A program made the position numbers and the translations under genes. A stretch of 64,000 nucleotides of DNA. Source: Vicinamibacterales bacterium (GTDB lineage: Bacteria; Acidobacteriota; Vicinamibacteria; Vicinamibacterales; UBA8438). The stretch's first letter is position 1, and each line of letters opens with the position of its first letter. Below the pieces are notes generated by a model that was not told where the DNA came from, ran no database searches, and saw only the letters and a program-made list of their open reading frames with translations. The stretch spans positions 749,159-813,158 of the forward strand of contig OZ244881.1 of the NCBI GenBank assembly GCA_965221305.1. The letters run 5' to 3'. Positions 28,126 through 38,445 of this stretch are shown here, in pieces.

Positions 28126-30030
28126 ATGACGCACGAGTCGACGGCGACGGCGCCCACCGAAGAACCCCCGGTATCCGCGTCTCTGCCGGCCTCCGAGAAG
28201 CGCACCGTCAGGCTCGACGGGGCCACGGTGAGGCTGGCCGGCGATTCCGGGGACGGCATGCAGGTGGTGGGCGGCCAGTTCACCAACACGTCGGCGCTGC
28301 ACGGCAACGACGTCGCCACGTTCCCGGACTTCCCCGCCGAGATCCGCGCGCCGCGCGGCACCCTCGCCGGCGTCAGCGGCTATCAGGTGCAGTTCGCCTC
28401 GCGGGACATCTTCACCCCCGGCGACACCCTGCAGGCCCTCGTCGCCATGAACCCCGCCGCCCTCGTCACCAACATCAAGGACCTCGAGAAGGGCGGGATC
28501 CTGATCGTCAACGACGAGAGCTTCAAGGCGAAGGACCTGAAGCTGGCCCGGCTCGAAACCAATCCTCTCGAGGACGGGACCGTCGACGACTACCGCGTCA
28601 TCAAGGTCCGCCTGGATACGCTGAACCGCGAGGCGGTGAAGGAGGTCGAGGGCCTGAGCTCGAAGCTGCAGGACCGCTGCAAGAACTTCTTCGCCCTCGG
28701 CCTGATCTACTGGCTGTTCGGGCGCGACATCGAGCCGACCCTGCGCTTCGTGCAGGACAAGTTCGGTGGCAAGCCGGAAGTCGCCGAGGCCAACGAGAAG
28801 GCGCTGCGCGCGGGCTGGTATTACGGGGAGACGACCGAGGCGTTCGACCACAGCTACCAGGTCGAGCCGGCCCGGCTCGCCCCCGGCAAGTACCGCAACA
28901 TCATGGGCAACCAGGCCCTGGCCTGGGGGCTGGTCACGGCGGCGCGGCTGAGCGGCAAGGAGCTGTTCTGCGGGTCCTACCCGATCACGCCGGCGAGCCC
29001 CGTCCTCGAGGAGCTGAGCGCCCTGAAGCACTTCGGCGTGCGCACGGTGCAGGCGGAGGACGAGATCGCCGCGATCTGCTCCGCCATCGGGGCCGCGTTC
29101 GGCGGCGCGATGGCGATTACCAGCTCGAGCGGACCGGGTATCGCGCTGAAGGGCGAGGCGATGGGGCTGGGCATGATCCTGGAGCTGCCCATGCTCGTCA
29201 TCAACATCCAGCGCGGCGGGCCCAGCACCGGCCTGCCGACGAAGACGGAGCAGTCGGACCTGTTGCAGGCGATGTTCGGCCGCAACGGCGAGTCGCCGCT
29301 CCCGATCGTCGCGGCGCGCAGCCCGAGCGACTGCTTCGAGGTGGCGATCGAGGCGTGGCGCATCGCCACCCGCTTCATGACCCCCGTCATCCTGCTGTCC
29401 GACGGCTACATCGCCAACGGCTCGGAGCCGTGGGCGATCCCGGACGTGAGGGATCTCCCGAGCATTCCGGTGGAGCATCCCGCCCCGACGGCCAACGGCA
29501 AGCCGTTCCTGCCCTACGAGCGCAACGAGCGGCTGGCCCGACCCTGGGCCCTTCCCGGGACGCCCGGGTTGATGCACCGGGTCGGGGGGCTGGAGAAGGA
29601 AGACGTTACCGGCAACGTCAGCTACGATCCCGAGAACCACCAGCACATGACCAACATCCGCGCCGAGCGGGTGGCCCGTATCGCCGGCGACATCCCGCCC
29701 CAGGCGGTGGACGGGCCGGCGCGCGGGAAGCTGCTGGTGCTCAGTTGGGGGGGAACCTACGGCGCCTGCACGAGCGCCGTGGACGAGTGCCGGAGCGGCG
29801 GGCTCGCGGTGGCGCACGCCCACCTGCGGTATCTGAACCCGTTTCCCGCCAATCTCGACGAAGTGCTCGCCGCCTACGAGCGGATTCTCGTGCCGGAGCT
29901 GAACACGGGGCAGCTCCGCATGCTGGTGCAGTCGCGCTACCTTCGCGAGTGCGTGGGGCTGAACAAGGTCAAGGGCAAGCCTTTCACGGTATCCGATGTC
30001 GTATTCAAAATTAGAGAGCTGGTGGCGTAG
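28126..30030 (+). CDS. korA: 2-oxoacid:ferredoxin oxidoreductase alpha subunit
   Basis: AGDSGDGMQ, YPITPAS, QAEDEIA and QRGGPSTGLPTKTEQSD. Confidence 0.95.
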   Translation: MTHESTATAPTEEPPVSASLPASEKRTVRLDGATVRLAGDSGDGMQVVGGQFTNTSALHGNDVATFPDFPAEIRAPRGTLAGVSGYQVQFASRDIFTPGDTLQALVAMNPAALVTNIKDLEKGGILIVNDESFKAKDLKLARLETNPLEDGTVDDYRVIKVRLDTLNREAVKEVEGLSSKLQDRCKNFFALGLIYWLFGRDIEPTLRFVQDKFGGKPEVAEANEKALRAGWYYGETTEAFDHSYQVEPARLAPGKYRNIMGNQALAWGLVTAARLSGKELFCGSYPITPASPVLEELSALKHFGVRTVQAEDEIAAICSAIGAAFGGAMAITSSSGPGIALKGEAMGLGMILELPMLVINIQRGGPSTGLPTKTEQSDLLQAMFGRNGESPLPIVAARSPSDCFEVAIEAWRIATRFMTPVILLSDGYIANGSEPWAIPDVRDLPSIPVEHPAPTANGKPFLPYERNERLARPWALPGTPGLMHRVGGLEKEDVTGNVSYDPENHQHMTNIRAERVARIAGDIPPQAVDGPARGKLLVLSWGGTYGACTSAVDECRSGGLAVAHAHLRYLNPFPANLDEVLAAYERILVPELNTGQLRMLVQSRYLRECVGLNKVKGKPFTVSDVVFKIRELVA

Positions 30031-30133
30031 GGTTGCCCTCGGGCAGCAGGAGACGGCATCTCCCGGCGACGCGCCGGTCGGGCTCGCCGAGCCCCCGCCG
30101 CCCGGCAACGGGAGCGGCGGGCCGGGCGGGGCG

Positions 30134-31165
30134 GTGACCGCGCCCGCGCCGGTCGAGCTGCCGGTGCTGAAGGCGTCCGACTTCGCGAGCGACCAGGACG
30201 TTCGCTGGTGCCCCGGATGCGGGGACTACGCGATTCTCGCGCAGATGAAGAAGATGCTCCCGTCGCTGGGGGTGCCGCGCGAGAACATCGTGTTCATCTC
30301 CGGAATCGGGTGCTCGAGCCGGTTCCCGTACTACATGAACACCTACGGCATCCACAGCATCCACGGCCGGGCGCCGGCCTTCGCGACCGGCCTCAAGGCG
30401 GCGCGGCCCGAGCTGATGGTCTGGGTCATCACCGGCGACGGCGACGGACTGAGCATCGGCGGCAATCATCTCATGCACGCCATCCGCCGCAACCTGGACA
30501 TCAACATCGTGCTCTTCAACAACCGCATCTACGGGTTGACGAAGGGCCAGTACTCGCCGACGTCGCCGCTCGGCAAGAAGACGAAGACGTCGCCGATGGG
30601 AGCCATCGACAACCCGCTGCACCCTCTATCGATCGCCATCGGTTGCGAGGCCACGTTCGTGGCGCGTTCCATCGACACCCACATCAAGCACTTGGAAGGG
30701 GTGCTGCGGCGCGCCGCCGAGCACCGGGGCACCGCCTTCGTCGAGGTCTACCAGAACTGCAACGTGTTCAACGACCTAGCCTGGCAGTACGCCAGCGACC
30801 GGCAGACCAAGAGCGAGCACACCATCGAGCTCGAGCACGGGGCCCCGCTGGTCTTCGGCCACGACGGCGGAAAGGGCATCCGCCTCAACGGCCTCGAGCC
30901 CGAGGTCGTCGAGCTGGGGAACGGCACGAGCGAAGCCGACCTGCTGGTGCACGACGAGCGGGCGTCCGAGCCCAGCCTGGCCTATCTGCTGAGCCGGCTC
31001 CGCTACGAGGACGGATTCCCGGAGCCGATCGGGGTCTTCCGCGCCATCGACGCGCCGCGCTACGAGGAGGAGCTGGCGACGCAGGTGGATTCCGCCCGCC
31101 GGCGTTCGGGTGAAGGGGACCTGAACGCGCTCTTCAACGCCGGCGAGACCTGGACGGTTTCATGA
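30134..31165 (+). CDS. korB: 2-oxoacid:ferredoxin oxidoreductase beta subunit
   Basis: WCPGCGD, SGIGCSSR, HGR, GDGD and YGLTKGQYSPT; start uncertain (frame open from 29996). Confidence 0.95.
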   Translation: MTAPAPVELPVLKASDFASDQDVRWCPGCGDYAILAQMKKMLPSLGVPRENIVFISGIGCSSRFPYYMNTYGIHSIHGRAPAFATGLKAARPELMVWVITGDGDGLSIGGNHLMHAIRRNLDINIVLFNNRIYGLTKGQYSPTSPLGKKTKTSPMGAIDNPLHPLSIAIGCEATFVARSIDTHIKHLEGVLRRAAEHRGTAFVEVYQNCNVFNDLAWQYASDRQTKSEHTIELEHGAPLVFGHDGGKGIRLNGLEPEVVELGNGTSEADLLVHDERASEPSLAYLLSRLRYEDGFPEPIGVFRAIDAPRYEEELATQVDSARRRSGEGDLNALFNAGETWTVS

Positions 31166-31692
31166 TCTGCCCCTGGTGCGGGGCCGACAATCTCGACGGC
31201 GTCGACGACTGCGCCGAGTGCGGGCAATCGCTGAGCGACGCCCACCTGCCCGACCCTGCGACCCTCGTCGAGCGCAGCCTCCTGGCCGACCACGTGCAGG
31301 TCCTCGACCCGAAGGACCCGGTGGTGGTGGCGGCCGACACGCCCGTCCGCGACGTGCTGCGGGCGATGGTCGACGGCGGCACCGGCTGCGTGGTCGTCGC
31401 CGATGCGAACCGGCCCGTCGGCATCTTCAGCGAGCGCGACGCCCTCCTGGGTCTTGGCGCCGAGGCCTCGGCGCTGGGAGACCGCCCCGTGTCGGGCTTC
31501 ATGACCGCCCCGGCCGAGACCCTCGATCCCGACGCCAAGGTCGCCTTCGCGCTGCAGCGCATGGCGGTGGGCGGCTATCGGCACATCCCGATCGTCGGCG
31601 CCGGCGGAGAGCTGGCGGGCATCATCTCGGTCCGCGACATTCTCCGTTACCTGACCGACCGGATGGGCGAGGGCCGCGGACCGGGGTCGTAA
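31162..31692 (+). CDS. Zinc-ribbon + CBS domain protein
   Basis: CPWCG...CAECG, VGIFSERD and YRHIPIV; ATGA overlap. Confidence 0.9.
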   Translation: MICPWCGADNLDGVDDCAECGQSLSDAHLPDPATLVERSLLADHVQVLDPKDPVVVAADTPVRDVLRAMVDGGTGCVVVADANRPVGIFSERDALLGLGAEASALGDRPVSGFMTAPAETLDPDAKVAFALQRMAVGGYRHIPIVGAGGELAGIISVRDILRYLTDRMGEGRGPGS

Positions 31693-31713
31693 CGACGCAG
31701 GGAGGAGGCGGGC

Positions 31714-32088
31714 ATGGTGGCAGGGTGGTTCGCGGCGGGGGCGGCGATGGCCGGGCTCGGGGTCCTGCTCGGGGCGTTCGGGGCCCACGGGCTGCGCGAG
31801 CGCATCGCGCCCGACCTGCTCGCGGTCTACGACACCGGCATCCGCTACCACCTGATCCATGCGCTGGCCCTGCTGGCCGTCTCCTGGGCGGCGGAGCGCT
31901 GGTCGAACGCGTGGGTCGGCGCGGCCGGCTGGCTGTTCGTGGCCGGTATCGTCGTCTTCTCCGGCAGCCTCTACCTACTCGCGGTCACCGGCGCCCGCTG
32001 GCTCGGCGCCGTCACCCCCATCGGCGGCCTCTGTTTCCTGGTGGCGTGGGCGGTGCTCGCGGTAGGCGTCCTCCGCGCCGGCGGCTGA
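31714..32088 (+). CDS. DUF423 (YgdD/TMEM256) membrane protein
   Basis: GAFGAHGL, YHLIH, FSGSLY and TPIGG. Confidence 0.93.
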   Translation: MVAGWFAAGAAMAGLGVLLGAFGAHGLRERIAPDLLAVYDTGIRYHLIHALALLAVSWAAERWSNAWVGAAGWLFVAGIVVFSGSLYLLAVTGARWLGAVTPIGGLCFLVAWAVLAVGVLRAGG

Positions 32089-32223
32089 CCGCATTCCGTT
32101 CCGGACTCGCCCGCTGAGACCGTCCCCGTCTCGTGGGCGACATCGCGTCGATCGACGTCACCCTTCTTCCTTTCCGCGAACGGCGTTCCGGCGGCGCCGA
32201 GGCGCGCTCCTTCAGGCGTCATC

Positions 32224-33081
32224 TCAGTACACTCTCAGCGGCGCGCCCGGGGCCGCGACACCGGCCCGCCGGGCCTGGCGGTCGAGGGCTTCGAGCGCGG
32301 CGCGTCCGGTGTCGCCGAGGTCGGCCGTCCACTCGTTCACGTACAGGTCGACGTGCTTGAACATGACCTCGTCGGTCAGCTCCTGGGCGTAGCGGCGCAT
32401 GGTGGGGACGGTCTCGGCGCGATGGGCGCGGGCGTGCGCGAGCGAGTCGCGGATGACCGCGATCACGGTGTCAATCGTTTCGGAGCCGAGGGTGTGCCGC
32501 GCGAGGATGCCGCCGAGGGGCAGGGGAGCCCGCGTCCTCTCTTCCCAGATCGTGCCGAGGTCCTCGACGAGAGCGAGCCCGTGCGCGCGCCAGGTGAAGC
32601 GGCCCTCGTGGATGCAGACGCCGAAGTCGGCGGTCCCGGACGCCAGCGCCGGCATGATGTCGGAGAAGACCACCTGCTCGACGGCGCCCTCGCCGGGGTG
32701 GAACAGCTCGTAGAGCAGGGTCGCGGTGGTGTGGGCGCCCGGGCACAGCACGCGGGCGGGTCGCGAGCCGCCGGCGGCGGCGGGGACGAGGCGGCGAGGC
32801 TGGGCGCCGGGGCGCGCCGCGAGCAGCAGGGGCCCGACGCCGAAGCCGAGGGCGGAGCCGACGGGCAGCACGCCGAGGTCCTCGCTCAGCAGTAGCGCGG
32901 CGTGGAAGCTGGCCTTCGCGACGTCGAAGTCGCCCGCGAAGAGCCGCCGGTTCAGCGCTTCGACGTCGAGCAGATCGATGCGGAAGTCGAGCCCGCGCGG
33001 GTCCACCTTCCCTTCCAGGATGCCGTGGAACGCGAACGTGTCGTTCGGGCACGTGGAGATGCCGAGGTGGATCGGGGTCAC
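32224..33081 (-). CDS. mqnD: 1,4-dihydroxy-6-naphthoate synthase (futalosine pathway)
   Basis: STCPNDTF, DVEALN, ALGFGVGP, IHEGRFT, PLPLG and HVDLYVNE. Confidence 0.93.
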   Translation of the reverse strand: MTPIHLGISTCPNDTFAFHGILEGKVDPRGLDFRIDLLDVEALNRRLFAGDFDVAKASFHAALLLSEDLGVLPVGSALGFGVGPLLLAARPGAQPRRLVPAAAGGSRPARVLCPGAHTTATLLYELFHPGEGAVEQVVFSDIMPALASGTADFGVCIHEGRFTWRAHGLALVEDLGTIWEERTRAPLPLGGILARHTLGSETIDTVIAVIRDSLAHARAHRAETVPTMRRYAQELTDEVMFKHVDLYVNEWTADLGDTGRAALEALDRQARRAGVAAPGAPLRVY

Positions 33082-33740
33082 CCGTCGTGGCTCCAGTCGG
33101 GCCGGTCGAGCACGTCGGCCGCGACGAGATAGGCGGCATCGAGCGCCTCCGGAATCCGCCAGCGCTCGAACCGGCGGTCGCCGACCGGGTTCGAGATGCC
33201 GCGGACGATGGCCACCGGCACTTCGGCGAGCCGGCACGCCAAGGCCACCGCGAAGCCCTCCATGTCCTCGGCCGCCGCGTCGGGAAACCGCGCTTGCCGC
33301 TCGCGGGCCTCGCCGTCCGTCGCCGACGCCGTGCATACGGTCAGCAGGGGGCCGGCGGCGGGGGGGACCGGACAGGCGAGAGGCAGCGCGTCGGGCCCGT
33401 CGGCCTCTCCGTCGCCGCTCCGCGGCCAGTGGCGGAAGCCGAGGTCGGTCGCGGGGACGAACGTGGCGACGCCCACCCCGACCCCGTGCATCAGCACCGA
33501 CGGAAACACCGCGGCGGTGCCGACCGGGAGCCCGCCGGGGTCGAACGTGCCGGCGATGCCGACGAGGATCACGCGTTCCGGCTCGTGCACGGCGATGGCG
33601 GCGCGGGCCCGCGCCGCCGCCGCCACCGGCCCGAAGCCGCACAGCTCGCACGGGGCGTCGACGCCGAATCCGCGCTGCCGGGCGAGGTGACGGCGCTCGA
33701 TCTCGGTGGGAACGAGGACGAGGGTGTGGGGAGCGGCCAC
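33078..33740 (-). CDS. mqnB: Futalosine hydrolase
   Basis: GFGPVAAAA, VGIAG, EDMEGFAVA and RGISNPVGDR; overlaps the mqnD start. Confidence 0.88.
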   Translation of the reverse strand: MAAPHTLVLVPTEIERRHLARQRGFGVDAPCELCGFGPVAAAARARAAIAVHEPERVILVGIAGTFDPGGLPVGTAAVFPSVLMHGVGVGVATFVPATDLGFRHWPRSGDGEADGPDALPLACPVPPAAGPLLTVCTASATDGEARERQARFPDAAAEDMEGFAVALACRLAEVPVAIVRGISNPVGDRRFERWRIPEALDAAYLVAADVLDRPDWSHDG

Positions 33741-33747
33741 GGGCCAC

Positions 33748-33859
33748 CTAGTTGACCGTACCAGAGCTCTCCTTGCCGTCCTGTCGCTGGTTTTTCGCCG
33801 GCAGACGCTGCGAAAACGCCCCGCGACATGGGCAGCCTCTCTCAAGAACGCTCAACTAG
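33748..33859 (-). mobile_element. MITE-like 112-bp element with CTAGTTGA(C/G)CGT terminal inverted repeats
   Basis: Reverse complement closely matches 54392-54502 and 54499-54609. Confidence 0.85.
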
Positions 33860-34015
33860 TGTAACGCGGGCGGTGTCGATTTCCGTCGGTCCGCGCGAGG
33901 GCGCTTCGGGAGTGTGGGCGCCGGGGTCCCGAGCCCGAACCGGGCCGCGTGTCGGGCGCGTGGGGGCGCGTGCAGGGCCCCCGGGATCGGCCGGCCGCGA
34001 CGCATCAGGCGCGAC

Positions 34016-34210
34016 CCGCGCCGCGGTCGACCGCCGCGGGACCCTTCGCGCGAATTCGAGCGCCCCGGAGAACGACACGTCTGCCTGGATCGCGCTGGAC
34101 CGCGCCGCGGTCGACCGCCGCGGGACCCTTCGCGCGAATTCGAGCGCCCCGGAGAACGACACGTCTGCCTGGACCGCGCCGCCGTCGACCGGCGCGGGAC
34201 CCTTCGCGCG
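34016..34210. repeat. Tandem repeat, ~2.5 units (84- and 74-bp periods)
   Basis: CCGCGCCGC(G/C)GTCGACC units at 34016, 34100 and 34174. Confidence 0.88.
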
Positions 34211-34291
34211 GGCCGCGAATCAGGGCCGAACGGCAAGGACCGCGTGGGCGGGGCTGGGCGCCGGGCGGCGCCGAACGCGACGATTGGCGGG

Positions 34292-35734
34292 CTACGCCCG
34301 CAGGTCGTAGCACTGCAGACGCGGGGCGGCGCCGGTGAGGAGATCGCGCGAGTTCTGGACGAAGTAGAGCAGGCCGCGGCTGAGCACCGGCAGCGTCCAC
34401 GATTCGTAGGCGGCGGCCAGCCACGTGCGTGAGATCTCGCGGTAGCCGTCCGGGGTGAGATCGAGCCACAGCAGGTGGCCGATCTCGCCGAGGGCGAGGA
34501 AGTGCCCGTCGACCGCGAGCAGCGACCCCCGGGCGGTGCCGAGCTGGACCCGGCGCTCCCGCCCGCCCTGCTCGAACGTCTCGGGCCACAGGGGCACTTC
34601 GCGCCACGCCACCCTCCCGGTCGCGGCGTCGACGCAGGCGAGCGAGGAATCGCCCTGGTTGCGGCCGTCGAAGCCGTACAGGTAGCCGTCCCGGTGGATC
34701 GCGGTGTTCCAGTGGAGGGCGAACTCGCGGGTCGTCCAGACCACCTCGTGGCTGAAGTCGGGAAGGACCCGAACCAGGGCGCCGCCGGTGCGGTAGCTGG
34801 CGGAGACGAACACCTTGTCGTCGAACACGACCGGGCACGAGGCGTTGACCGACTCGTAGGTGCGGCTGCGGAACGGGAACGCGAAGTCGACGGCCCCGTC
34901 TGCGGGGTCGATGGACAGCAGCCCCCCGCTCGGCGGCGACGACTCGCCGCCCGCGAACACGAAGACCCGGCGCTGCCCGTGCACGACGGCGGGCACCGGC
35001 GAAGCGTAGCTCGGACCCCAGTCGCCGGCCCGCCACAGCTCGGCGCCGGTGGCGGCGTCGAAGGCGACCACGCAGGCCCCGCGCGGCGCGCCGACGTTCA
35101 CGATGACTCGGCCGTCTTCGACCAGCGGCGTCGACGAGGCGCCGAAGAAGTCCTGTTGGACGCCGTACTCGGCCCGCAGGTCCCGGCTCCAGAGGCCGCG
35201 GCCGGTCGCGAGGTCGAAGGCGTGCAGGCGGCTCTCGGCCCCGAGGGTGAACACGCGACCGGCGGCGATGACCGGGCTCGATCGTGGCCCGTCGTTGTAG
35301 CCGTAGCGGTCGCGGTAGCGCGTCGGGTAGCGGAAGTCCCAGTGCAGCTCGCCGGTCTCGGGGTGGCGGCACTCGACCACCTCGTTGTCGGCCAGTCGGT
35401 GGAGGAACACGAGCCGGTCTTCCGCGATGGCCGGCGATGTGTAGCCCGTGCCCTTCTCCATCTCCCACACCAGCGGCGGCGGCAGCGACCGGCTGAGGTG
35501 GGTCTCGGTGGACACCGCGTTGTGGGTGGGCCCGAGGAACGAGGCCCAGTCGTGGGTAGCAGCGTCGGGCGACAGGAGGCGCGGCGGGTTCCGCACCACC
35601 GGCGGCACGGCCGCGGCGCTCTCCCCCGGCTGCGCGGCGACCGTCTCCGCCCCCGCGCGTGCGCGGGCCGACCCGGCCAGGACCAGGGGGCCCGCGAACG
35701 CCCGCAGAAGCGTCCGGCGGGAGAGGGCCTTCAT
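34292..35734 (-). CDS. PQQ-binding-like beta-propeller (BamB-like) protein with Tat signal
   Basis: SRRTLL; DWASFLGP, GPRSSP and SYASP repeats. Confidence 0.88.
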   Translation of the reverse strand: MKALSRRTLLRAFAGPLVLAGSARARAGAETVAAQPGESAAAVPPVVRNPPRLLSPDAATHDWASFLGPTHNAVSTETHLSRSLPPPLVWEMEKGTGYTSPAIAEDRLVFLHRLADNEVVECRHPETGELHWDFRYPTRYRDRYGYNDGPRSSPVIAAGRVFTLGAESRLHAFDLATGRGLWSRDLRAEYGVQQDFFGASSTPLVEDGRVIVNVGAPRGACVVAFDAATGAELWRAGDWGPSYASPVPAVVHGQRRVFVFAGGESSPPSGGLLSIDPADGAVDFAFPFRSRTYESVNASCPVVFDDKVFVSASYRTGGALVRVLPDFSHEVVWTTREFALHWNTAIHRDGYLYGFDGRNQGDSSLACVDAATGRVAWREVPLWPETFEQGGRERRVQLGTARGSLLAVDGHFLALGEIGHLLWLDLTPDGYREISRTWLAAAYESWTLPVLSRGLLYFVQNSRDLLTGAAPRLQCYDLRA

Positions 35735-36056
35735 GGGCGGCGATCTTAACAGCCCGTGGAAGACTCCCCGCTGCATTCGAGCGTCGATGCAGCCCGCCTG
35801 ACTGCCTTGTGCCCCTCGGTCGAGTAGGCCCGATGTTCTCGCTCGTCGCGCCTCGTCAGGCCGGCGCCTCAACGTCCTCCGGTGCCTTCCGGGCGCGGGG
35901 GTGCGGGCTTGACCGAGGGAATGTCAATCGTCCGGAAGCCCTTCTTCGGCCCGCGGCGCCGTGGACACGGCCCGAGAGGGAGCGCTGCGCGGGCGATATA
36001 ATTCCGCGGCACGGCCCGAGTGCGCGAAGTCGGGCGCGAGCGAGGAGAGCACCGAC

Positions 36057-36368
36057 GTGGCGGACACCGGACCCAAGAGCGCGGTCGAGCTGGCGATGGA
36101 GCGACTCCGGCAGCGGGACGCCGAGGCCGGCGGCGACACGGCGGGCCAGCCCCTGAGCGACGAGCAGAAGGCGGCGATTGCCGTCGCTCGCCGCGACTAC
36201 GAGGCGAAGGTCGCCGAGGCCGAGATCCTGATGCGTTCGAAGCTCGCGGCCACCATCGACCTCGAGGGCCGGCGCGAGATCGAGGCCAACCATCGCCGCG
36301 ACCTCGGGCAGTTCGCGTCCTCCCGCGACCGGAAGATCGCCGCGATCCGGAAGGGCGACGGGCGGTGA
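36057..36368 (+). CDS. Conserved hypothetical helical protein
   Basis: [12 protein letters not shown] and [10 protein letters not shown]; RBS GAGGAG. Confidence 0.75.
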   Translation: MADTGPKSAVELAMERLRQRDAEAGGDTAGQPLSDEQKAAIAVARRDYEAKVAEAEILMRSKLAATIDLEGRREIEANHRRDLGQFASSRDRKIAAIRKGDGR

Positions 36369-36928
36369 CGAAGGCGGTCGTCGTCGCCCTCACCCTCGTC
36401 AACTTCGTGCTCCTCGTCCCCGGCGTGATCCTGCCGGTCTACAGCGTCGTCATCACCACCGAGGTAACGGCGGCGATCATCCCCGAGCCGGTCGAGGTCA
36501 CCGTCTACGCGCAGACCCGATCCATCCTCGGCACCGTCCGCGAGCTGTGGCTCTCGGCCGACTACCTGGTGTCGTTCTTGATCCTGCTGTTCAGCGTGAT
36601 CGTTCCCGCCACCAAGGCCGGGATGCTGCTGGGATCGATCTACGCGGCCGGCGACGCGATCCGGAGGCGGCTCGTGCTCGCCGTCGACGTCATCGGGAAG
36701 TGGTCGATGGCCGACGTGTTCGTGGTCGCGGTGTTGCTGGCGTTCCTCGCCACCCGCGACCAGGCCCAGGCCAACCGCTTCAGCGTGCCGGTGCTGTTGC
36801 GGCAGGTCGACGTGGACATGCAGACGCGGCTCACGTCGGAACTCGGACCGGGCTTCTACTGCTTTCTCGCCTACTGTCTGTTCTCGGTCGCCTGGACGCA
36901 GGTCCTGAAGTACCGCCGGGGCGCCTGA
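36365..36928 (+). CDS. Paraquat-inducible protein A (PqiA) domain membrane protein
   Basis: [17 protein letters not shown] and [13 protein letters not shown]. Confidence 0.85.
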   Translation: MTKAVVVALTLVNFVLLVPGVILPVYSVVITTEVTAAIIPEPVEVTVYAQTRSILGTVRELWLSADYLVSFLILLFSVIVPATKAGMLLGSIYAAGDAIRRRLVLAVDVIGKWSMADVFVVAVLLAFLATRDQAQANRFSVPVLLRQVDVDMQTRLTSELGPGFYCFLAYCLFSVAWTQVLKYRRGA

Positions 36929-37260
36929 GCCTCGCACGGAACCCGCCCGCTCTCGGTCGCCTGGACGCGGGGGGCCGAGCTGCCGCCGCGGCGACTGAGA
37001 GCCGCCCGCACCGGACGCGGCGGCCGGCCGGCCCCCCCGGCGGCGCCGAGACCGGAGAGGCCGCCGGCGCGGCGGAGTGCGTGAGCCCACCGGGGCGCCG
37101 CGACGGCGAGACCGGGAAGCACCGGGAGCCCGTCGGGTCCCGCGGGGGGGGTGATACCATCCATCGGGTTGCACGCGCCGCATCGCCGCCCGCCCCCCGG
37201 CGCGCCCTCGCCGGGGCTCGCGCAGAGAAAACCGCGGCGGCCTGGAGAAGGGAGAGGTCC

Positions 37261-37809
37261 ATGAAGTTCCGCAGTATCGCGGGCGTGACCGCCGGCATCG
37301 CGATCGCCGCGTTCAGCGTCGCGTCCGCGCAGGACGATCCCGTCGTCGTGATGGAGACCAGCCTGGGTACCATCACCGTCGAGCTCGCCCCCGGCGAGGC
37401 CCCGATCAGCGTCGACAACTTCCTGCAGTACGTGGACGCCGGGCACTACGACAACACCATCTTCCACCGCGTCATCCAGGGGTTCATGATCCAGGGCGGC
37501 GCCTACTCGCCGGAGATGCGCACGCGGCCGACCCGCCCGCCGATCGAGAACGAGGCGGAGAACGGTCTGCTGAACGACCGCTACACGATCGCGATGGCCC
37601 GCACCAGCGAGATCGACAGCGCCACCGACCAGTTCTTCATCAACACCGTCGACAACAACTTCCTCAACAACGGCGTTCGGGACTTCGGCTATGCCGTGTT
37701 CGGGCGGGTGATCGACGGGACCGACGTGGTGGACCGCATCGCCGCGGTGCCGGTGTCGAACACCGTGCCGAACGAGGCGGTGGTGATTCAGTCGGTGCGA
37801 CGGCGGTAG
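37261..37809 (+). CDS. Periplasmic cyclophilin-type peptidyl-prolyl isomerase
   Basis: [24 protein letters not shown] and YAVFGRV. Confidence 0.95.
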   Translation: MKFRSIAGVTAGIAIAAFSVASAQDDPVVVMETSLGTITVELAPGEAPISVDNFLQYVDAGHYDNTIFHRVIQGFMIQGGAYSPEMRTRPTRPPIENEAENGLLNDRYTIAMARTSEIDSATDQFFINTVDNNFLNNGVRDFGYAVFGRVIDGTDVVDRIAAVPVSNTVPNEAVVIQSVRRR

Positions 37810-37849
37810 TCCATGCGGTCGGACCCGTCGGGGCGGGCGGCTGGGCACG

Positions 37850-38443
37850 ATGCGTGACCGTTGGTACGGCGACGACAGGGACGTCGTCAAGTGGGGCGCC
37901 GCGCTGCATCTCGCCCGTCGCGAGGGGCTGGCCGACATCGTCTACGTGGCGATGCATCGGCCCGACGACGACTGGCCGAAGCTCGTGACGGCGCGCGGAC
38001 CGGCGCCCCTGCCCGACGAGGTCGTCCGGCATTTTCGCGATCTCGACGACCTGCGGCGGCTGGAGGCGCGAACCGGGGTGCGCATCGCGACCGTGAGGGA
38101 CCCGTTCGTCGACCGGGCCGCCTACTTCCGCCGCGTGTGCGAGCGGGTCGGGAAGTACGCGGCGCCGGTGCTGGTTCTCCTGGATCCCGATACCGGCCTG
38201 GCTCCCGATGTCGGTGCGGGTCCGCAGCACGTGACGACCGACGAGGTGGCCGCCCTCTTCGCCGCCATGCGGCCCGGTGACCTCCTCGCGTGCTATCAGC
38301 ACGCGCGACGGCAGAAAGACTGGCGCGGCCGGGCCCGGCGCGCCTTCGCGAACGCGCCCGGCGTGCCGTCGTTCGAGGTGGAAGCGCTGCGCTCGGACTT
38401 GGCCAGGGACGTGCTGCTGCTGGCCGTCAGGAAGGGGAAGTAG
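37850..38443 (+). CDS. Hypothetical protein (YGDxxDxxK / LDPDTG family)
   Basis: Intact ORF in a co-oriented gene run. Confidence 0.7.
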   Translation: MRDRWYGDDRDVVKWGAALHLARREGLADIVYVAMHRPDDDWPKLVTARGPAPLPDEVVRHFRDLDDLRRLEARTGVRIATVRDPFVDRAAYFRRVCERVGKYAAPVLVLLDPDTGLAPDVGAGPQHVTTDEVAALFAAMRPGDLLACYQHARRQKDWRGRARRAFANAPGVPSFEVEALRSDLARDVLLLAVRKGK

Positions 38444-38445
38444 GG

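Noticed and set aside
33082-33747. Apparent mqnB-mqnD fusion (507-aa ORF)
   Set aside because: mqnB is in a different frame; the extension is low-complexity shadow sequence
35909-35927. TTGAC-N9-GTCAA palindrome as an FNR/CRP site
   Set aside because: Spacing does not fit TTGAT-N4-ATCAA; single short instance
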